Of a stretch of DNA of 64,000 bases, positions 1 to 13,161 are shown piece after piece (within the stretch, counting starts at the first letter, position 1; each line of letters opens with the position of its first letter). A model generated the notes under the pieces. That model made no database searches. It was given only the letters and a program-made list of their open reading frames with translations, and was not told the DNA's origin. Source of the stretch: an uncultured Acidobacteriota bacterium (lineage in GTDB: Bacteria; Acidobacteriota; Polarisedimenticolia; J045); contig CAVPCQ010000005.1 in assembly GCA_963702425.1 (NCBI GenBank), forward strand, positions 1 to 64,000, given 5' to 3'. Made by a program: the position numbers and the translations under genes.

Positions 1-380
1 TCGTTCGACGGGACATCGGCGAGCGCGTCGAGCGCCCGCGCGAGGTCGCGCTCCTCGACGTAGAACCGGACCTCGGCGTCCGTCCCCAGCAGCGGGCCCC
101 AGACCTGCGGCATGTCGCCGGTGACGAAGCCGATCCCGGCGCTCTCCAGCCGCGCGCGGGTCAGTTCGGTGTCGACCATCGTCGCAGCAGCGCACAGGAA
201 GACGCTCCGTTCGGCGGTGTCGGGCGGCGGCGACTTCCGCCATTCCTCGAGCGCCTCGGCGCGCGAGATGAGCGCCGCGTCGCAGTCCTCGCAGCGCCCC
301 GCGGCGATCCGGAAACCCAGGCCGCACTCCGGACAGTAGGACAGCGCGTCGGGGTCGGTGAAGTCGTAGCGGGTCGACAT
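1..380 (-). CDS. Hypothetical zinc-ribbon protein with DUF2007-like C-terminal part (3' end runs off window)
   Basis: Not in ORF track. ATG at 380 preceded by GGAGGTG. Reads MSTRYDFTDPDALSYCPECGLGFRIAAGRCEDCDAAL...RARLESAGIGF...EVRFYVEERDLARA with no stop before base 1. Confidence 0.65.
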   Translation of the reverse strand, partial: MSTRYDFTDPDALSYCPECGLGFRIAAGRCEDCDAALISRAEALEEWRKSPPPDTAERSVFLCAAATMVDTELTRARLESAGIGFVTGDMPQVWGPLLGTDAEVRFYVEERDLARALDALADVPSN

Positions 381-412
381 GGGCACCTCCCCCATGATTG
401 TAGCCCCGCTGG

Positions 413-1675
413 CTACTCGTAGCGCAGCGCCTCGATCGGGTCGAGCCGCGCCGCCTTCAGCGCCGGCCACATCCCGAAGATCAGGCCGACCGAGGTCGAG
501 ACCCCCAGCCCCAGCGCGACCGACCACAGCGGGGTCGAGACCGGGAAGTTGAGCGTGGCCTTGACGATCAGCGCCAGCCCCATCCCGATCGCGATTCCCA
601 GCGCCCCGCCGACGGCGGTCAGCGTCACCGCCTCGGCCAGGAACTGCGTCGCGATGTCCCCGTCGGTCGCGCCGATCGCCTTGCGCAGGCCGATCTCGCG
701 CGTCCTTTCGGTGACGTTGACCAGCATGATGTTCATCACGCCGACGCCGCCGACCAGCAGCGCGATCCCGGCGATCACGATCATCGCCGCCGCGACCCCG
801 CCCGTGATCTGGCGGAAGTTGTCGAGCTGGCCCTGGCTGGTGAAGACCGCGAAGTCGTTCTCCTGATCGGGCTTCAGCTGGCGCCGCGTACGCAGCACCG
901 CGGTTCCCTGCTCGATCAGCGCGTCGTAGAGCTCCGGGGTCTTCGGCACCGTCGCGATGTGGATCGTGTCGCCGTGGCTGTTCTTGACCTCCGGGTACAT
1001 CACGTCGAAGGTCGTGATCGGCAGCGCGACGTAGTTGTTGTTGCCGCCGTCCAGGAACGACCCCTTGCGCTCGAAGAGCCCGATGACCGAGAAGGCCCGC
1101 CCGTCGATCCGGATCGCCTCACCGATCGGGTCCTTGAACGGGAACAGCGTCTCAGCGACGTCCGGTCCGATGACGGCGACCTGCGCCGCGTGCTTGAGGT
1201 CGGCCTCGGTGAAGAAGCGGCCGTCCTCGACCCAGTGGACGTTGGCCTGCATGTAGTCCGGCGCGCAGCCGAAGACGAGCGGCGAGTTGGCCTCGCGGTC
1301 GCCGGCCATGACGCGGGGGGTGCGGAAGAAGTTGTAGCGCTCCGGCGAGACCGCCGCCGCCGCGGGCACCAGTCGCTTCAGTGCCTCGGCGTCCTCGAGC
1401 GTCAGGTCGCGCCGATTGCGCTGCTCCTCCGTCGGCCCGTTGGGACCGAAGCGCGGCTCGAACTTCTGGAACTGCACGAGCTGCGTCCCGAACTGCGTGA
1501 ACTGCTCGGTGATCACGTTGTTGAAGCCGGCGACGAAGCTGACCATCAGGATCACGGTCGCCACCCCCGCCATGATCCCGAGCAGCGTCAGGAACGAGCG
1601 CAGCTTCTGGCCCCACATCGCCGTCAGCGCGGAGGCCGCGTTCTCGAGCAGCAGGGCGCGCGCCAGCCGACCCAT
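413..1675 (-). CDS. MacB/FtsX-family ABC transporter permease
   Basis: LRSFLTLLGI N-terminus; VGGVGVMNIMLVNVTERTREIGLRKAIGA motif; C-terminal AARLDPIEALRYE. ATG overlaps the upstream stop (TGATG). Confidence 0.92.
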   Translation of the reverse strand: MGRLARALLLENAASALTAMWGQKLRSFLTLLGIMAGVATVILMVSFVAGFNNVITEQFTQFGTQLVQFQKFEPRFGPNGPTEEQRNRRDLTLEDAEALKRLVPAAAAVSPERYNFFRTPRVMAGDREANSPLVFGCAPDYMQANVHWVEDGRFFTEADLKHAAQVAVIGPDVAETLFPFKDPIGEAIRIDGRAFSVIGLFERKGSFLDGGNNNYVALPITTFDVMYPEVKNSHGDTIHIATVPKTPELYDALIEQGTAVLRTRRQLKPDQENDFAVFTSQGQLDNFRQITGGVAAAMIVIAGIALLVGGVGVMNIMLVNVTERTREIGLRKAIGATDGDIATQFLAEAVTLTAVGGALGIAIGMGLALIVKATLNFPVSTPLWSVALGLGVSTSVGLIFGMWPALKAARLDPIEALRYE

Positions 1676-2898
1676 CACTCCGCCCGGAGCGCCTCGACGA
1701 CGTCGAGCCGCGAGGCGTTGCGCGCCGGGAAGTAGCCGGCGACCAGTCCCACGATGATGGAGAGCGCGAGGCCGAGGCCGATGATGCCGGGGGTGACTCG
1801 CGCCGGGAAGCCGGTCTGCGACTCGACCAGCGACGCCGCGCCGGCACCGGCCGCCGCCCCGACGATCCCGCCGGCGAGCGACAGGATCGTCGCCTCCAGC
1901 AGGAACTGGCGCCGGACGTCGGACTCGTTCGCGCCGACCGCCTTGCGCACGCCGATCTCCTGCGTCCTCTCGATCACCGAGACCAGCATGATGTTCATGA
2001 TCACGATCCCGCCCACGCCGAGCGACACCGACGCGATCAGGAACAGCAGGATGAAGGCGGCGCCCGAGATGTTGCGCCACAGCTCCTGCAGCGCCTCGGC
2101 GGTCACGACGCCGAAGGGATCCTCGCCCTTGAAGGAGGTGTGGCGCAGGGCGCGCAGCACGCCGCGGACCTCGTCCACCGAGGCCTCGACACCGGGCACT
2201 CCCCCCTTGGCCCGGATCAGCACGTCGAGCGAGCGGCGCGTGCCGAACTGCTGCAGCGCGCTCTCGAGCGGGATCAGCACCAGGTTGTCCTGGCTCTGGC
2301 CGAGCGTCCGCCCCTGCTTCTTGATCAACCCGATGACCTCGTACTCCCGGCCGCCGACCAGGATCTTGCGGCCCACCGGATCGAGCTGTGGGTAGAGCTC
2401 GTCCTTGACGTCCCACCCGATGACCGCCACCGGCGCCGCCGCGCGGTCCTCGGCCTCGACGAAGTAGCGGCCCGATTCGAGGTCGACCGTGATCAGCGCC
2501 GGGAAGTTGGCGCTGGTCCCGCTGACCTGGACGTCCGCCAGCCGCTTGTCCCGGTACTTGACCGGGGCCCGCGATCCGTCGGCCTGGACCGCGATCTCGG
2601 CGGCGAGCGTCAGGGTGTCCTCCAGCCGGCGGATGTCGGACTTCGTGATGTCGCGCCGCTTGAGCGCCTCGATGAACTCGTCGCGCCCCTGGATGATCCC
2701 GAACTTGGTGACGACGTAGACGTCGGGCGAGAGGATGATGATCCGCTCCTGGACGTACTGGTCGAGCCCGGCGATCACCGAGACGACGCCGACGATCGTC
2801 GCCACGCCGATGATGATCCCCAGGAGCGTCAGGAAGCTCCTGAGGCCGTGGGAGCGGATCGCGTCGAGCGACTCGCGAATGAGGTCGCCGAAGTCCAT
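1675..2898 (-). CDS. MacB/FtsX-family ABC transporter permease (paralog)
   Basis: LRSFLTLLGIIIGV; IMNIMLVSVIERTQEIGVRKAVGA; C-terminal ASRLDVVEALRAE. Confidence 0.92.
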   Translation of the reverse strand: MDFGDLIRESLDAIRSHGLRSFLTLLGIIIGVATIVGVVSVIAGLDQYVQERIIILSPDVYVVTKFGIIQGRDEFIEALKRRDITKSDIRRLEDTLTLAAEIAVQADGSRAPVKYRDKRLADVQVSGTSANFPALITVDLESGRYFVEAEDRAAAPVAVIGWDVKDELYPQLDPVGRKILVGGREYEVIGLIKKQGRTLGQSQDNLVLIPLESALQQFGTRRSLDVLIRAKGGVPGVEASVDEVRGVLRALRHTSFKGEDPFGVVTAEALQELWRNISGAAFILLFLIASVSLGVGGIVIMNIMLVSVIERTQEIGVRKAVGANESDVRRQFLLEATILSLAGGIVGAAAGAGAASLVESQTGFPARVTPGIIGLGLALSIIVGLVAGYFPARNASRLDVVEALRAE

Positions 2899-2900
2899 CG

Positions 2901-4155
2901 TCAGGTCCGGTTCGCCTCGCCGGCGCCGGCCGTTCCCTTGGGCTGCTCCTTCTCCTTCACGACCGGGTCGCCGGGCTTGAGGGTCCGGAGCACCTTGAAC
3001 GGCCCGGAGACGACCTTCTCGTCCCCCTCGAGCCCCTCCTTCACCTCGATCGAGAGCTCGCCCATCAGGCCGGTCTTGATCGGGAGGAAGGCGACCTTCC
3101 CTTCCTCCTTCGCGCCCTCGATCACGTAGACGCCTTCCTCTTCGCGCGCCTCGCCGACCTGCGGCTGCGTCCCCGCCGGCCGCTCCTTCTCGCGCAGCAC
3201 GATCGACTGGATCGGGATCGCCAGGACCTGCGGGACGAAGCCGGTCAGGATGTCGGCCTGCGCGGTCAGCCCGGGCTTGATCCCCTCCGGCGGGTCCTTG
3301 ATCTGCGCCTTGACCTTGAACTTCACCGCCTGGTCGACGCCGCCGGACTGCAGGATCGGGCTCGAGCCGACCTCGGTGACGACGCCGTTGAAGGTGCGGT
3401 TCGGGTAGGCGTCGATCCGGAGCTTGACCTCCTGGCCAAGCTTGACCTGCGGGATCGAGGCCTCGTCGACCTCCAGCTCGGTCTCGACGACCGACATGTC
3501 GGAGATCGTGAGCAGCACCGTGCCCGGGCTGTTCTGGATCCCGATCACGGCGACCTCGCCCTCCTCGACCCGGCGCGCGGTGACGATTCCGTCGATCGGT
3601 GCGCGGACCACGGTCTTCGACAGCGTGTCCCTCGCCCCCTCGAGCTGCGCCCGGGCCTGCTCGACCCGGCGCTCGGCGGAGCGCAGCATCGCCTCGCTGG
3701 TCGTCACCCCGGTCTCGGCCCGCTCGTAGTCGGCGCGCGGGATGATCTTCGCCTCGAAATTCGCCCGCGCCCGGTCGTAGTCGCTCTTCGCCAGCTCGAG
3801 GTTCGCCCGCGCCGACTCGACGTCACGCAGCAGGGCCTGCATCGAGGCCTCGCTGCTGCGGGCGGCGGCACGGGGGTTCGCAGGGTCGATCTCGAGCAGG
3901 AACTGGCCCTTCCTGACCGCGTCCCCCTCGCGCACGGCGAGCTGGGTGATCTGGCCCATGATCGTGGCCGAGATCTCGACCTTCTTCTGGGCCTGGATCT
4001 TGCCGTTGGCCGCGACCTTGGCCTGGAGGTCCTCGCGCTTGACCTCGGCGAGCTGAACCGGGAGTCGGCTTCGGGCCGCGCTTGCTGGCCACGAACGCGC
4101 CCACTCCTCCGAGCACCACGACGGCCGCCAGGATCCATACCCACTTCTTGCGCAT
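2901..4155 (-). CDS. Efflux periplasmic adaptor (MacA/HlyD-like), frameshifted near 4061
   Basis: N-terminal anchor MRKKWVWILAAVVVLGG joins, after removing one extra C, to VQLAEVKREDLQAKVAANGKIQAQKKVEISATIMGQ; lipoyl-like VREGDAVRKGQFLL and RAPIDG motifs. Likely sequencing indel. Confidence 0.88.
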
Positions 4156-4214
4156 CACCCCTCCGGCCGGGTGTCGGACCCGGCGAAGCGATTGTAGGAG
4201 CGCGAGTTGGCGGG

Positions 4215-5102
4215 CTACCGACCGTTGGGGCGGCGCGCGGGACCTTCCGCCGGGTTCCGGCGTGGCGGGCTGCTTTCCGCCTCTTCCTGCGGCTCGATCT
4301 CGAGCAGGACCTCGACCGTGAGGGCCAGCCCCTGGCGGCTGAGCGCCAGTTCCACCTTGGCCCCGTCACCGACCCGCGCGATCCGCTGGACCATCTCCGG
4401 GACCGCCGCGACGGGCTCCCCGTCGACCTCGAGCACGAGGTCTCCCGGGCGGACGCCGGCGCGATCGGCGGGGCCCAGCTCGACCACCGCACCGACCAGC
4501 ACGCCGCGCTCCTCCGAGCCGCCCCACTGCTCGCGCAGCTGCAGCGGCACGTCGAGCGCCTCGATCCCGGCCCAGCCGAGCTTGACGTCGCGCAGCCGCG
4601 CGGCGTCGTCCGGGAACCGCTCGAGCCGCACCGTCACGCGCCGGGTGGATCCGCGCCGCCAGACCTCGAGGTCGAGCCACGCCCCCGGCCCACGGGTCGA
4701 AATCGAGCGGATGAACTCCTGCGTGCTCTCGATCGGCTGGCCGTCGATGGTCGTGACGAGGTCGCCGCCCCGCAGGCCGGCTCGATCGGCGGGGCTGCCG
4801 CGGATGACCGCGCCGATCCGAATGCCGGTCGGGGGCGGTTCCGCGGAGTCGATCGCCGTGGCGGCGGAGGCGGACTCGTCGGCGGCGGACGGTGCTGCGG
4901 GCAGTGGATCGCGGTCGAGCGAGACGCCGATCCAGCCGCGATCGGGGGCGGCCGGCGTGCCGGCGAGGACGGGCGGGGGGGTGACCCGCCGCGGCGCCGG
5001 TACCGGCGTCGGTGCCGACTGCGCGGCGGCCGACGGCACGGCGAGCGCGGCCGCGACCAGGCCGAGCATCGTGATCCGGCGTGTGCGGCGACCGAGGCTC
5101 AT
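4215..5102 (-). CDS. Secreted protein with two PDZ domains
   Basis: Signal-like N-terminus, Pro-rich linker, two PDZ signatures (GSPADRAGLRGGDLVTTIDG; GPADRAGVRPGDLVLEVDG). No protease domain seen. Confidence 0.8.
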   Translation of the reverse strand: MSLGRRTRRITMLGLVAAALAVPSAAAQSAPTPVPAPRRVTPPPVLAGTPAAPDRGWIGVSLDRDPLPAAPSAADESASAATAIDSAEPPPTGIRIGAVIRGSPADRAGLRGGDLVTTIDGQPIESTQEFIRSISTRGPGAWLDLEVWRRGSTRRVTVRLERFPDDAARLRDVKLGWAGIEALDVPLQLREQWGGSEERGVLVGAVVELGPADRAGVRPGDLVLEVDGEPVAAVPEMVQRIARVGDGAKVELALSRQGLALTVEVLLEIEPQEEAESSPPRRNPAEGPARRPNGR

Positions 5103-5244
5103 CGGAGTCGAGCATAGCCCACGGCGGCGCGACGCGCCGTTTCGTGCGCACCCCGGATCGACCGGGAACCGGGGCCGCGCGACGGCGTTAGAGTGTCGAG
5201 GATCGGGAGGCAGGACCCTCCCGGTCGCTCCCCGAGGTGATCCC

Positions 5245-8200
5245 ATGCGCGTTCGCCCCTGGCCCGCCGTCGTCGCCGCCCTTCCGCTCCTGCTTGCCGC
5301 CGCTCTCACCCTCGCCGGGCCCGCCCTCGCCGGGATCCCGCTGACGGGGCGCGTGCTGGGCCCGAGCGGTGCTCCGCTTCCCGAGGCGACGGTGATGCTG
5401 CTCGGCCTCCCCTCGACGGTCGATGCGGCGCGCGCCGCGCTGGCGGGGAAGTCCCACGGCGAGCCGATCGTGGCGGCGCTCTCGGACTCCCGCGGCGCCT
5501 TCCGGCTGGAGGCGCCGCGCGCGGGCCTGTTCACGATCCGGATCGAAGCTCCGGGCCACGCCCCCGTCGCGGCCTGGCTCGGCGCGGTGGTCGAGGAGAC
5601 CGACTCTCCCGGACGCGGAACTCGAGACCGACGCGGGCCTCGCGGTTACGGTCACGGGGGCCCAGGGCCAGCCGCTCGCGGGAGCGCTGGTCGCGGCGCG
5701 GCGCGACACGACGACGCGGAGCTTCGGCGGCGGTTTCTGGTACCCGGCACCGCGGGTCGCCCTGACCGGTCCCGAGGGAACCGTGCGGCTGCCGCGCGGC
5801 GCGAAGGAGCTGCTCACGGTCGCCGCGGTCGCGCCGGGCCTCGCCTCGGCCTCGCGCTCCGGCCACGCGCCGGCCTCGCTCGCGCTGGCGCTCGTCGCCT
5901 CCCCCGCGCTGCCGGTCGAGATCCGCGGCGCCGACGGCAAGCCGGTACCCGACGCGGTCGTGCTCGCCGACGAGGCCGGACTGCCGCTCGGCTGGAGCGG
6001 CGCCGACGGCCGGGCCTCGCTGATCCTGCCCGCCGCGGGCCTCGCCGTCGCGATCCACGCCGCCGACGATCGCTCGCTCGAAACCCGCCTCGCACCGCCT
6101 CCCGCCGAGCCGCAGCCGCCGAAAGTCGTCGCGCTGACGCTCCCGGCGCTCACGGCGCTGTCCGGCCGGGTGATCGATGCGCAGTCGCGCAAGCCGATTC
6201 CGGGCGCGCTCGCCTACGAGCCGGGCACCCGGCGCCTCACGGCCGTCACCGACGACGGCGGGCGCTACACGCTCAAGGTGCCCGCGACCAAGGGCTCCCG
6301 TCTCACCGCCGCGGCGCCCGGCTATCGCAGCGCGGGGCGGGCCTCGTCGCTCGAGGTTCCGGCGGGAAGCACGAAGGGCCCGACGCTGGCGCTCGAGCCG
6401 GCGGCACGCGTCGAGGGAACCGTCAACGACGACAAGGGACGGCCGGTCGCCGGTGCGCTCGTCAGCGCGTCCGAGAACGACCCGCGCTTCGGCGGCGGCC
6501 GGGGGCGCATGATGCGGCGCGCGTTCCGCGACGCCGAGGTGGGCGACCAGGCGCGGTCCGACGCCCAGGGGCGCTTCCGGATCGGCGGTCTCGACCCCGC
6601 GGCGGCCTACACGCTGGCCGCGGAGCTGAAGGGCTACGCGCCGGCCGAGGTCGAGGTCAACGGACTGCGGCCGCGGCAGACCAAGGGCGGAATCGCGCTC
6701 GTCCTGAAGCCCGGCGCGCGCGCCGTCGGACGCGTCGTCGACGCCGAGCAGCGGCCGATCGCCGGTGTCGAGATCCGGGCGAGCGAGACGCCGGAGGGGG
6801 GCAGCCGCCGCTTCTTCGTCATGAGCTTCGGCGAGACCGACTCGCGCCCCGACGCGACCACCGACGCCGATGGTGCGTTCGCGCTCGGCGACCTGAAGGC
6901 GGGGCGGCACGACCTCTCCGCCCGTCACCGCGGCTTCGCGACGAAGACGGTCCCGGGCCTCGAGATCGCCGCCTCCGCGGAGCCGATCGACCTGGGCGCG
7001 ATCACGCTCGAGCCGGCGGCGCGGATCGAGGGGACGGTGACGGGACCGGGCGGCGCGCCGGTCGAAGGGGTCGAGGTGCGAGCCCTGCCTGGCGGACCCT
7101 TCCCGAACCTCCCCGGGATGCGGCCTCCCGGAGAACCGAACGCGGTCACGGCGTCGGACGGCTACTTCGCGATCGAGGACCGCCGCGCCGGCGAGAAGGT
7201 CGACCTGATGTTCTGGCGCAGCGGCTACGTCACCGAACGCCGGCCCGGCATCGAGGCCGGTCTCGCTCCCCCGCTGGAGATCAGACTCCGGCCAAGCTCG
7301 AAGGTCAGCGGCACCGTCACCTCCGGCGGCAAGCCGGTGGCCGACGCGCGGATCATGCTCTCGCGCAGCGCGGTCGGCGGCGCGGGCGGCATGACCTTCG
7401 TGATGATCGGCGGCGGCGACTGGGCCGGCAGCGACGACACCGGCTACTTCGAGTTCGAGACGGTCGAGCCGGGGAAGATCTCGCTCCAGGCCACGGCCGA
7501 GGGGTTGCAGGAGAAGAAGCTCGACGAGCTCGAGGTCCCGGAAGGGGAAGACCTCACCGGGCTGGAGCTGATCCTCGAGCCGGGGGCCGTCGTCGAAGGG
7601 ACGGTCCTGCTCGCCGACGGGCGCCCGGCGATCGGCGCGAGCGTGGAGCCGGTCAACCGCAGCGAGACGCGCGGGGCGCGCATGATGATCAACTCGGTCG
7701 CCAGCGACGGCGACGGACGCTTCCGGCTGGAGGGACTCAAGGGGGGCGCGGCATCGATCCAGGCGACCCACGACGAGTACGGCCGCGCGGTGAAGGACAT
7801 CGAGCTGAAGCCGGGACTGAACCGGCTCGATCTCACCTTCCCCGGCGGCCAGCCGGTCGCGGGCCGAGTCGTCGATGCGGGGGGTGCGCCGGTCGCCGGG
7901 GCGGCGGTCGAGGTCCTGCCGGCGGGCCAGCGCTGGGGCGGCAACGACACGACCACCGGACCCGACGGCGGCTTCACGGTCGACGGCGTGCAGGACGGCA
8001 GCTACGAGTTGGAGGTCACGCGCAACGGCTTCGCTCCGTCGAGCGGAGAGGTCAAGGTCGAGGTCAAGGGCTCACCGGTCTCGGGCCTCGTCGTCACGCT
8101 GCGCGCGGGTGGCGTGCTCGTCGGCACCCTGCAGGGCCTGCCGCCGGAGGAGTACGCCGGCGTGATGGTCAACGCCTGGGCCGAAGGGAGCTCGGGCTCC

Positions 8201-9397
8201 GGGAACGTCGACTTCAAGGGGAACTACCGGATCGCCGACCTCGCCCCCGGCCGCTACTCGGTGCGCGCATCGACGCGGGACGGTGGCCGGTCCGCCAGCG
8301 CCAACGTCGAGCTCGTCGCCGGGACGCCGGAGACGCGGCTCGACCTGGACTTCGGCAAGGGGTTGACCCTCTCCGGCCGCGCGCTGCTGGGCGAGCAGCC
8401 GGTGGCCGGTGCGGCGATCTGGGCCCGCGGCAAGACGGTGCAGGCGTTCGGCCAGGGGCGCACCGACGCCGAGGGGGCGTTCGCGATCGAAGGGCTCGAG
8501 CCGGGCAGCTACGACGTGACGCTCAACCTCTTCGAGAAGGGGCTCACCTACAACGAAACGGTCGAGGTCGCCGCCAGCCGCGAGATCACGCTGCGGCTGC
8601 CGACGATGAAGGTCGGCGGGCGCGTCGTCGACGCGCTCGACCGGGCGCCGCTTGCCGGCGTGTCGCTCGCCCTCGCCCCCGAGGGACAGGCCGAGGAGCC
8701 GGGCTGGTTCCGCGGCGGCTACGGCGCGCTGAGCGCGGAGTCCGGGCGCTTCGCGATCGCCAACGTCGCCGCCGGAACCTACCGCGTGACGGCGAAGAAG
8801 GAAGGCTACGCGGCGCGCACCGAAACGGTCTCGGTCATGTCCGGCCAGGACCTCGAGAACTTCGACCTCACGCTCGATCCGACCGAGGGGCTGTCGCTCC
8901 AGGTCCGCCTCCCCGGCGGCGGCGTCCCGGACGCGGTCTTCGTCAGCGTGCTCGACGCGGCCGGCCGCGTGATCAGCGGCGGGCGCTACCCGACCGGAGA
9001 GGCCGGACGGGTGCGCATCCCGACCGTCCCGCCCGGGGGCTGGGAGGTGCTCGTGCGCAGCTCGGGGTCAGCCGTCGCGACGCTGCAGGCGACGGCGCCC
9101 GGTAGTCCGATCCCGGTCCAGCTTCAGCCGGCCACGCAACTGAAGCTGCGCGTCCCGGAACTGGAGGGTAGCCGGGTGATCGCGACCGTCACGGTGACCG
9201 GCGCCGACGGGCGGCTCCACCGCTCGGTCGGCTGGGGCGCCGCACCGCAGGCGGAGCGTCCGGCCGCCGAGGGTCGGGAGTCGATCGACGACCTGCCGGC
9301 GGGTGCGTGGACGGTGACGGTGAAGACCCCCGACGGGCGAAGCTGGCAGGGAACCGCGACGACGACGCCGGGACAGGTCGCCGAGCTCGTCCTGTAG
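5245..9397 (+). CDS. Large secreted protein of tandem carboxypeptidase-regulatory-like beta-sandwich domains, frameshifted near 5605
   Basis: Signal peptide MRVRPWPAVVAALPLLL after GAGGTG; repeated GRVVD..G.PVAGA.V...TDADG.F..GL.PG.Y units. One extra base at ~5605 links the two ORF-track frames. Confidence 0.85.
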
Positions 9398-9436
9398 CTC
9401 GCTTCGCGCCGAACCCGCCGGCCGCGCCGGCCGGCG

Positions 9437-11413
<1,977 letters not shown>

Positions 11414-11511
11414 CGGCGGGAGGTTACCCGGATCCCCCGGGCCGGCCCACCGCCCCGCCCTCTTCCGCCGCTCCGCCTGGCACGCACGCGACTCGGGTAT
11501 CGTCCGGGGGC

Positions 11512-12003
11512 ATGGACGACGCCCAGGTCCAGCTCGCGCTCACCGCTGCCGGCACGCTCGCGATCCTCGCCGGCGCCGGTGGCTACGCACGCTGGCGGGC
11601 CCTCGGCCGTCGCCCGCCGCTGCAGCGGCCCGTGCTCGCCTGGCGGCCGGCCGCGCGCGCGGTCCGCCCCGCGCTGGCGCTCCTCACCGCGCTCGGGCTG
11701 CTGCTCCTGGCGCTCGGCTCCCGGACGGTCGCCCTGGCCGCCGCCGCGCTGCTGGGGGTGGCACTCCTCGGCCGGATCTGGCACGACAGCCCCGCGGCCT
11801 GCCGCAGGCGGGTCGCCGCGGCCCTCGCCGAGCACGAGCGGCGTCACCCGGGCCTCGCCCCCGCCGCGCAGCGCCGGGCCTTTCTCGCCGCGCGCCGGCC
11901 CGAGTGGGGCGCGGAACTGGGGGCGCAGCTCGTCGACGACTGGCCCGAGCGCGGCGACTTCGTCCGCTTCGTCGCCGGGCTGGAGCGGCAGCTGTCCGCC
12001 TGA
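11512..12003 (+). CDS. Hypothetical membrane protein
   Basis: 163 aa with about 3 hydrophobic segments; fills the gap between the ABC-F and HDOD genes. Confidence 0.6.
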   Translation: MDDAQVQLALTAAGTLAILAGAGGYARWRALGRRPPLQRPVLAWRPAARAVRPALALLTALGLLLLALGSRTVALAAAALLGVALLGRIWHDSPAACRRRVAAALAEHERRHPGLAPAAQRRAFLAARRPEWGAELGAQLVDDWPERGDFVRFVAGLERQLSA

Positions 12004-12009
12004 CCGCGC

Positions 12010-12036
12010 TCAAGTCGGAGCGCGCGCGTCCGAAAC
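12010..12036 (+). promoter_or_regulatory. Putative sigma28 (FliA)-type promoter of the HDOD gene
   Basis: TCAAG-N14-TCCGAAAC, 27 nt before the ATG; same spacing as the stronger copies at 23236 and 42809. Confidence 0.45.
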
Positions 12037-12063
12037 GCCTCGTCGGGAGGATCACGCGGACCC

Positions 12064-13149
12064 ATGAGCTGGTTCCGGCCCCGTTTCCTGTCGGATCACA
12101 GCGCGGCGACAGCCGTCGCCGAACGCCCGCCCGGCCACGACCCGGGACCGGCGACGGCAAGCGACACGCCCCCCGCGGCGGCGACGCCCGCCGAGGGGCC
12201 GGCGCGCGCCCACGCCCAGGGCTGGATGTCCCGCGAGCAGCTCGACGACCTGGTGAAGATCACCGACGAGTCGCAGCTCGCGCGGCGGCTGATCCAGATC
12301 TCGCCCGACTGCCCGCGCGACGAGATGCTCTTCCGCTATCACCTCTCGCGGGTCGTCATGTTCGGCGAGTTCGAGCTGCCGATCCTGCCCGCCACCGCGA
12401 GCCGGCTGCTGGTCCTCTCCCGCGACACCTCGACCGGCGTCTCCGACATCGCGCGGGTCGTCGAGGCCGATGCCGCGCTGGTGCGCGCGATCATCCGCGC
12501 CTCCAACTCGGCCTTCTTCTCGTCGCTCTACGAGTGCGCCGCGCTGAACCAGGCGATCGTGCGGATCGGGCTCTCGCAGGTCGAGCAGATCGCGATGGCC
12601 CAGACGCTGCGCAGCCGGCTGGTCCGGATCAAGGGCCAGGACCAGCGGATCAATCAGCTCGGCCTCCACGGCCTCGCCGCGGCGCTGGCGGCGCGCCACG
12701 TCGCGCAGCGCACCGGGGCCGCCTCCAGCAACGCCTATCTCGGCGGGCTGTTCCACGACGTCGGGAAGCTGGTGCTCCTGGGGATCATCGCCCGCGTGCA
12801 GAGCGACCTGCGCAGCACGGTCACGCAGCGCCTGATCAACCAGGCTTTCGGGGCGTTCCACACGACGCTGGGGGAGATGGCCTGCCGCAGCTGGGAGCTG
12901 CCGGCCGAGATCTGCCGCAGCATCGCGGTCCACCACGACCCCGGCCAGGCGGCCGAGGCTCCGCTGGACGCGACGGTCTACCTGGCGAACCTCGCGGTCC
13001 GGGGGCTCGAGCGGCCCGACGGGCTGTTCGCGGTGATGCCCGGAAACGACCCGGTGGCGCAGCGCTACGGCCTCGAGCGGGCGGACCTCGACGCGCTGCG
13101 GCAGCAGGCGGCGATCGACCTCAAGGCCTACAGGACCTTCACCGCGTAG
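12064..13149 (+). CDS. HDOD domain signalling protein
   Basis: ELPILP...DAALVRAIIRASNSAFF...AIVRIG and AYLGGLFHDVGKLVL, WELPAEIC..IAVHH motifs. Confidence 0.88.
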   Translation: MSWFRPRFLSDHSAATAVAERPPGHDPGPATASDTPPAAATPAEGPARAHAQGWMSREQLDDLVKITDESQLARRLIQISPDCPRDEMLFRYHLSRVVMFGEFELPILPATASRLLVLSRDTSTGVSDIARVVEADAALVRAIIRASNSAFFSSLYECAALNQAIVRIGLSQVEQIAMAQTLRSRLVRIKGQDQRINQLGLHGLAAALAARHVAQRTGAASSNAYLGGLFHDVGKLVLLGIIARVQSDLRSTVTQRLINQAFGAFHTTLGEMACRSWELPAEICRSIAVHHDPGQAAEAPLDATVYLANLAVRGLERPDGLFAVMPGNDPVAQRYGLERADLDALRQQAAIDLKAYRTFTA

Positions 13150-13161
13150 GAGCGCGCGCCA

